Source: a virus (Duplodnaviria > Caudoviricetes). From it: DNA of 59,218 bases. Position 1 is the first letter of the stretch, and each line of letters opens with the position of its first letter. A program made the translations under genes and the position numbers. The notes beneath the pieces are model-generated. The model was not told the DNA's origin. It saw only the letters and a list, made by a program, of their open reading frames with translations, and did not search any database. This document shows positions 54,611-59,218 of the stretch, piece after piece. Location of the stretch: IMG/VR virus record IMGVR_UViG_3300033067_001963, positions 1-59,218 of that record; one strand, given 5' to 3'.

Positions 54611-54910
54611 ATGATGACATTGACAGCGGCAAAACAGGCGGCTTCATTGTTTGTAACTGTGCTGATTCGCTTAGCAGATGGCCTAGATGGTGATCTGAAG
54701 AAGCGTGTCGATGCGCTCATCATCGAGCACGACAACGTCGATGACGAATAGCTGTCCGAGTACGTGGACGAACTCGTGGATATGCTGAACGAACTAGCCC
54801 CCGAGGGATGTTGCTTCGGAGCCCACGAGGGGGATGGAGCAGACTTCGGAATCTGGGAGCTCCCCGACGAAGATGGGGACTATCCCACGCAATACCCTTA
54901 CGCCAACTAG
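54611..54910 (+). pseudogene. First early gene, interrupted by an in-frame TAG at 54749-54751
   Basis: The frame continues after the TAG with LSEYVDELVDMLNELAPEGCCFGAHEGDGADFGIW. Confidence 0.6.
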
Positions 54911-54981
54911 CAGAGGGATCCCCGGCCTGGTCGGGGATTAATGCGCGGCCCGGTCCCAAGCCCGGGCACAAGGAGGATTAG

Positions 54982-55191
54982 ATGAGAACTAAGACCACGC
55001 GTGAGGCGACCAACAGGCTCTTGGAGATGATCGAAGAGGGTCTAGTCGACAGAGACTACGTAATCATGGCATGCCTCAACTATATGTCGGAGGACGACGT
55101 AGCCGACATGTGCCATGCCAATGAGATTGAACTTTTTGACGACGACGAAGACCAGGATACCAAGAGCGAAAACGAGGAGAACGAGCAATGA
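54982..55191 (+). CDS. Small acidic early protein
   Basis: AAGGAGG RBS; ACLNYMSEDDVADM. Confidence 0.75.
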   Translation: MRTKTTREATNRLLEMIEEGLVDRDYVIMACLNYMSEDDVADMCHANEIELFDDDEDQDTKSENEENEQ

Positions 55192-55397
55192 GACTCTACG
55201 CACAGTATCCGGACAGCCGCACCCTGGAGTTCGCCCGTCGGTATGAGTGTCGTACCCGTAGCGGGTGGTACCGTCCGACCGACTCGCTGGCCACGGCTAA
55301 ACGCGCCATGCGGACTTGGTCGGCCCATGGTGAGTCGGTCGGAGTCTATGACCTCGAGACGCACACTTGGATCCTGGGTGTCGAGTTACCGCGATGA
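55188..55397 (+). CDS. Small early protein
   Basis: GAGGAG RBS, overlapping ATGA. Confidence 0.55.
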   Translation: MRLYAQYPDSRTLEFARRYECRTRSGWYRPTDSLATAKRAMRTWSAHGESVGVYDLETHTWILGVELPR

Positions 55398-55536
55398 CAA
55401 CCGCCATAATCCGTAGCATCCATCGCCGATGGGCTATCGCTTGGCTCACTGGGCCCGTAACGTTCACTACGGGTATCACGTACGCGAGCCCTGGTCATGC
55501 CCAACGGGTGGCCAGGTGGGCGACGGGGAGATAGCG

Positions 55537-55797
55537 ATGCTGACTCATGTTAGAGATCACGCGAAGGAAGTAGCGCAGCTGCTCGGGGCCGACAACTTCG
55601 ATCGGGAAGAAGGTTTGTATTGGTGGTGTGCCGATCACCATGATGGGCAGTGTTCCGAGGCCTACTCTGTGCTGTCCACGTCAGACTTTCGGCCGTCGCC
55701 GCTGGCGAACGGACCGGATTATGACAGTGCTGCTTGGATGGTGTATCAAGCTTTGTGCTCCAGAGCTAGATGTGATCATTCAAGCGTAGATGAGTAA
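55537..55797 (+). CDS. Small early protein
   Basis: YWWCADHHDGQCSEAYSVLSTSDFRP; GGAG RBS. Confidence 0.6.
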   Translation: MLTHVRDHAKEVAQLLGADNFDREEGLYWWCADHHDGQCSEAYSVLSTSDFRPSPLANGPDYDSAAWMVYQALCSRARCDHSSVDE

Positions 55798-55828
55798 GCA
55801 CTTAGTACCAATCAACGGGAGGGTTGAT

Positions 55829-56536
55829 ATGGGTGGTCAGAAGGCAATCGCTGTAGAGCGCTCGGAGAATGCCAAGGCAGGCAATGTGTCGGCCACGTAC
55901 GCGAGTCAAGACACGTGTCCCGTATCATGCCCACTGCGCGGGGCAGGTTGCTACGCGGAGACAAGCTTTGTGGGCATGATCACGCGTCGCCTCAATCGTG
56001 CCCCCACAGACGACGTCGCCAGCATCGCCAGGGATGAGGCCAGTGCTATTGACACTCTGTCCGGCACGAGGCCCATGCGCTTACACGTGGTAGGCGATTG
56101 CCCCACGGAGGAGTCCGCTAGCATCGTCTCAGCTGCCGCTGATGCCTACCGCGCTAAGGCCAATCAACCTGTCTGGGCGTACACGCATGCGTGGCGAGAT
56201 GTTGGGCGCCATCACTGGGGTGGTGTGTCCGTGCTCGCCAGCTGTGAACGCGTTGACGATGCCTGGCAGGCTATGAGCCGGGGGTATGCGGCTGCCGTCG
56301 TGGTAGCCAAGCATGAGTCGGACCGGGCAAGCATGGTAGACGGGCTGAAAGTGATCCCATGTCCGAGCCAGACGCGCGGGCAAACGTGTGACCAGTGCCG
56401 ATTGTGCTTCGACGCGGACGCGTTACAGGCACGGCGTGCCGTGATCGCGTTCGAAGCGCATGGGTCGGGCGCGAGTAAGACGCGGGTGGCGCTGAAAGGG
56501 GCGTCAGGGGTTGTGCAAGGTGCCCAGCATGAGTGA
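55829..56536 (+). CDS. Cys-rich GP88-like (radical-SAM-related) phage protein
   Basis: TCPVSCPLRGAGCYA, RLHVVGD, WAYTH, LASCE, CPSQ....CDQCRLC, FEAHG. Confidence 0.65.
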   Translation: MGGQKAIAVERSENAKAGNVSATYASQDTCPVSCPLRGAGCYAETSFVGMITRRLNRAPTDDVASIARDEASAIDTLSGTRPMRLHVVGDCPTEESASIVSAAADAYRAKANQPVWAYTHAWRDVGRHHWGGVSVLASCERVDDAWQAMSRGYAAAVVVAKHESDRASMVDGLKVIPCPSQTRGQTCDQCRLCFDADALQARRAVIAFEAHGSGASKTRVALKGASGVVQGAQHE

Positions 56537-56882
56537 GCTCAGGGGGCTGGACGATTGGCTCACGCGCGAGCCGGCCGATGAGCCACGTTGGGCAACGTGC
56601 CGGGGGTGTCGCCAGCGCTTCGCGGAGGGGCACATTGCCGAGCATGAACGTACGTGCTTGGTTGACTACATTGCCGACGTGCATGGGTTCGAGGAGTGTC
56701 TCATTACGCTGGTCAACTGGCTGGCTCGACAGCGGGAGGAGATGCGTGGGCCCGCGCATGTGCGCGCCGGATACGGACGCGTGGAGGAGTGCTTGGACGC
56801 GGCTTTGCTGGCGTGGCAGCGCATGGAGCGGGAGCTGGCACAGTGGGACCAGGCGGGGAGGGGGGAGTATGAGGGATATTGA
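56529..56882 (+). CDS. Early protein with C2HC finger
   Basis: LDDWLTREP; CRGC...HERTC. Confidence 0.55.
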   Translation: MSELRGLDDWLTREPADEPRWATCRGCRQRFAEGHIAEHERTCLVDYIADVHGFEECLITLVNWLARQREEMRGPAHVRAGYGRVEECLDAALLAWQRMERELAQWDQAGRGEYEGY

Positions 56883-57051
56883 GCGATTGGAGGTGCGAGC
56901 GTACAGGGCGGGGTGCGAGGCGTACCGTGTACCCGATTTTGCCCCGTGGGATGGTGTGTGCCGCATCTGCAAGCATGACCTCGTGGCCAGCGGACGCCTG
57001 CACATCGGCGTAACAGGTTGTCCGGGGTGTCACACCAGCTGGTGTGATTGA
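56869..57051 (+). CDS. Zinc-ribbon early protein
   Basis: PDFAPWDGVCRIC...VTGCPGCHTSWCD. Confidence 0.65.
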   Translation: MRDIERLEVRAYRAGCEAYRVPDFAPWDGVCRICKHDLVASGRLHIGVTGCPGCHTSWCD

Positions 57052-57066
57052 GAGGGGAGTTGGGAG

Positions 57067-57315
57067 ATGGCACGGTTCAGTGACGGGGACGAGAGGCAGC
57101 ATGACTGGTACGCGGGGCAGTACGATGCACCGGGCCCGGATTGGGCCCTTGAGTGGGGCACATGCCGGTGTTGCCTGCGTGTGTTCGACGCGGAGCTGTT
57201 AACGGGGCGGTATTGCCGGGCGTGTGTGGCGGAGCTTGAGAGGGATAGGCTCGCGGACGAGCGGGTGTGGAATCGGCAGAGCTGCGCGATTCATTCGCGC
57301 GATCGGGCGCGGTAG
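57067..57315 (+). CDS. Zinc-ribbon early protein
   Basis: CRCC...CRAC; RBS present. Confidence 0.55.
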   Translation: MARFSDGDERQHDWYAGQYDAPGPDWALEWGTCRCCLRVFDAELLTGRYCRACVAELERDRLADERVWNRQSCAIHSRDRAR

Positions 57316-57551
57316 GGAGGGCGAGATGGCGACCATGACAATTCGAACGAGGGATCTGGGACTAATCGGGCACCTGATGCGGGAGGCTATGTCCGCATCG
57401 TCCGGAGTCTCGCCCGGGTGGCGCGTGCGTGGAATCGGCAGCGCTGCGCAAATGAACGGTTCGAGCGGGAGGAGAGATGAGCCCCGACAAGGACCCCGCG
57501 GCGGTGTCTCAACAAGCAATCGAAAAAAGGCGCGGTAGGGAGGGCGAGATG
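57267..57551 (+). repeat. Two pairs of direct repeats at early-gene junctions
   Basis: GGCGCGGTAGGGAGGGCGAGATG at 57306-57328 and 57529-57551 (exact); GTGGAATCGGCAGnGCTGCGC at 57267-57287 and 57429-57449. Confidence 0.85.
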
Positions 57552-57725
57552 AGCAAGCGAATCACAGCTGAGTGCCCGAGCTGCGGGACGGAACTTGCCG
57601 TTGAAAACTGGCCGGCTCCCTTCAGAAAGCATCTCGATTTGTGCCCGAACCCATTGCAGAAAAATTCGGCCTGGGAGCAGGCTGAATCAGATGCGGAATT
57701 TCGTGAGGAGCGGGGCGTGAGATGA
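57549..57725 (+). CDS. C2HC-finger early protein
   Basis: CPSC...HLDLC; start lies within the 23-bp repeat. Confidence 0.6.
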   Translation: MSKRITAECPSCGTELAVENWPAPFRKHLDLCPNPLQKNSAWEQAESDAEFREERGVR

Positions 57726-58003
57726 CGCTAATGCCTAAAGTGAAGTATGCGTTTGTGTACGAGCACGATCTATCTTGTACACATGCGTATGACTACCTTA
57801 AGCACCAGAAGCCAGCGGGATTCGCCGCGCTGGCGTGGCCATGCCCACCACAGTGTGGGTACCGGAAGGTACCACGCTGCACTTGTGGAAAGCCAATTCA
57901 CCCTGAGCTGGACAGCAATGGGTGGAGATGGTGCACGAAATGTCACCAGGCGATAGGCTGGCTTTCGAAGTGCCACACCCCCACCGGCAGGCTGAACCGA
58001 TGA
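57722..58003 (+). CDS. Cys-rich early protein
   Basis: CPPQC, CTC, CTKC; overlapping ATGA. Confidence 0.5.
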   Translation: MTLMPKVKYAFVYEHDLSCTHAYDYLKHQKPAGFAALAWPCPPQCGYRKVPRCTCGKPIHPELDSNGWRWCTKCHQAIGWLSKCHTPTGRLNR

Positions 58004-58130
58004 TCCCCACACTAGGCAGTACCGCAGGAACCCGTCAACCAAGGTTGACGCGGCGAGCCGCGAGGCTCAGAAAGCGAGCGACGATGGATTTTGCAAGCGT
58101 AGCATGTGCGCGGCGGGGGGGAGAAGGGTG

Positions 58131-58316
58131 ATGACTTACTACGTGTGCTCGTGCGGTGCGGAGTTCGAGCCTAGGGGAGAGGGGGACACGAGGGATTGCC
58201 GGTATCACTGTGGGTACGTTGCCATCGCGTGTGCGGATTGCCGGGAGAAGGGGCATGGGGCGAAGCGCCGAGAGACGGCGCATGCGTATCGGTGCCCACG
58301 ACGGGGCCAGCTATGA
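58131..58316 (+). CDS. Cys-rich early protein
   Basis: CSC, CRYHC, CADC, HAYRC. Confidence 0.5.
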   Translation: MTYYVCSCGAEFEPRGEGDTRDCRYHCGYVAIACADCREKGHGAKRRETAHAYRCPRRGQL

Positions 58317-58671
58317 CAGGCATCTTACTCGGTGTGGGAGGGGGCATGGTCATGTGGGCAGTGTTGATTCTCATACTGGCGCTTGTGCTCAAGGGGGGGC
58401 GGTGATGGTGCACCGACGGGCGCGGGCAGTAGAGGAGGATGGGCCCTTGGCCGTGTGGGTGCCGTGGCAGGGGCAGACGAGCTCTCGGGAGACGCCAATC
58501 TACCGGGCCGTAGCCGATGAGGTGCTAGCCCGGCTAGGGGGGCAGTGATGCTGGCGCGTGTGCTGGCAGTGGCGGCGATGCTGGCCCTCGCGTGGGCGCA
58601 TGGGTACGGCACGGCGGATTGGCCCGATGCGTACGCGGAGGGCGTGGCGGCGTGCGAGCAGGGGGTTGGGG

Positions 58672-58896
58672 ATGAGGACGAGGCCAGCGAGGGGCAGTGA
58701 GCGGCCCACGTGGCGCGTGCGCTGGTACATGCGCGGTGTGGTGTGCGAGTGTGCCGACCGTTGGTGCCTCGCGCACGTGGGCGGCGTGGGCAGTCGGTGC
58801 CGGGCACACGCGCGGGTGCGCCTCACACGGGCGGATGGGACGGTGTACGTGTGCACGGGATGTGCAACTGCATGTGCGGGCTGTAAGAAAACCTGA
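58672..58896 (+). CDS. Cys-rich early protein
   Basis: CECADRWC, CTGCATAC. Confidence 0.4.
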   Translation: MRTRPARGSERPTWRVRWYMRGVVCECADRWCLAHVGGVGSRCRAHARVRLTRADGTVYVCTGCATACAGCKKT

Positions 58897-58908
58897 CGGG
58901 AGGGTCAT

Positions 58909-59218
58909 GTGAAAGTAAGAGCAGCGGACGTAGCAGCGTTCTACAGGGAGACGGATGCACAGATGGGGGCGGGCACGGAGAAACAGGCTCCACGAGCCGC
59001 TGTGGGCTCCGTGGGGCGGCGCAAGGCGCCTGTGCCGTATCGGGGTACTGCCGAACCGGATGCGGCCCGTTTAGGCGCGTCCACGGGCCTCACGGGGCTG
59101 GCGCTGTGCGTGGCGGCGGCCACGTGGTTGCTGACGACGGTGGCGGGCACGGAGATGCCCATGGTGACGAGGTTGATCATCATTGGGGCCCTGTTCGGGG
59201 GTGGGATGGCGTTGACAT
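58909..59218 (+). CDS. Partial (3'-truncated) membrane protein
   Basis: GGAGG plus GTG at 58909; open to the window end; two hydrophobic segments. Confidence 0.5.
   Translation, partial: MKVRAADVAAFYRETDAQMGAGTEKQAPRAAVGSVGRRKAPVPYRGTAEPDAARLGASTGLTGLALCVAAATWLLTTVAGTEMPMVTRLIIIGALFGGGMALT

Larger units (their letters stand above)
1..59218. mobile_element. Tailed dsDNA bacteriophage genome (podovirus-like, probably lytic), near complete
   Basis: TerL, portal, scaffold, major capsid, adaptor, nozzle, ejection-like proteins, endolysin and PolA are all present. No tape measure, sheath or integrase recognised, and no host housekeeping genes. Confidence 0.93.

Noticed and set aside
53622-54693. 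ORFs inside the symmetric region
   Set aside because: No RBS, poor codon bias and mutually overlapping; the region is better explained as non-coding
57306-57551. Mini-CRISPR array from the 23-bp repeats
   Set aside because: Only two copies, 200 bp apart, and they consist of stop-RBS-start signals
59212-59217. TTGACA -35 box at the window end
   Set aside because: Falls inside an open frame and the downstream sequence is unavailable
1-59218. Genome-wide TAG reassignment
   Set aside because: Many well-defined genes end in TAG directly before the next start; only one internal TAG was noted, and no suppressor tRNA
1-59218. Prophage/integration module or host assignment
   Set aside because: No integrase, att site, repressor cassette or flanking host genes; the sequence alone does not identify the host

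Overview
This window is almost entirely a GC-rich (by eye, upper 60s %) tailed dsDNA phage genome with podovirus-like architecture. It is probably near-complete, with partial ORFs at both edges. (1) + strand, ~1-21750: lysis genes (two membrane proteins, a CHAP endolysin), many accessory, exported and zinc-finger genes, a RuvC-like resolvase, a PD-(D/E)XK exonuclease, an AAA_24 ATPase, a RyR-domain protein, a UDG-like/3'-5' exo/PolA polymerase split over two ORFs, and a glycosyltransferase. (2) - strand, ~53500-21750: HTH protein, small and large terminase, fibre/LamG genes, portal, scaffold, N4-gp56-type major capsid, adaptor, nozzle, fibres, ejection proteins and a RepA-like helicase. (3) + strand, from ~54600: small early-type genes. 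No integrase, RNA polymerase, reverse transcriptase, primase, tRNA or CRISPR array was recognised. The most striking unexplained structure is the ~900-bp non-coding region between the divergent arms (53687-54574). It holds at least five separate inverted-repeat blocks, all in register (within 1 bp) about one axis at 54130/54131, and the outermost pair forms two divergent sigma54-like motifs. Other leads are a dispersed family of three exported 4-Cys proteins, a frameshifted FGE/C-type-lectin gene with two tandem DGR-like variable cassettes but no RT, and several reading-frame breaks, two of them at poly-G runs. All calls come from visual motif recognition; no database search was run.
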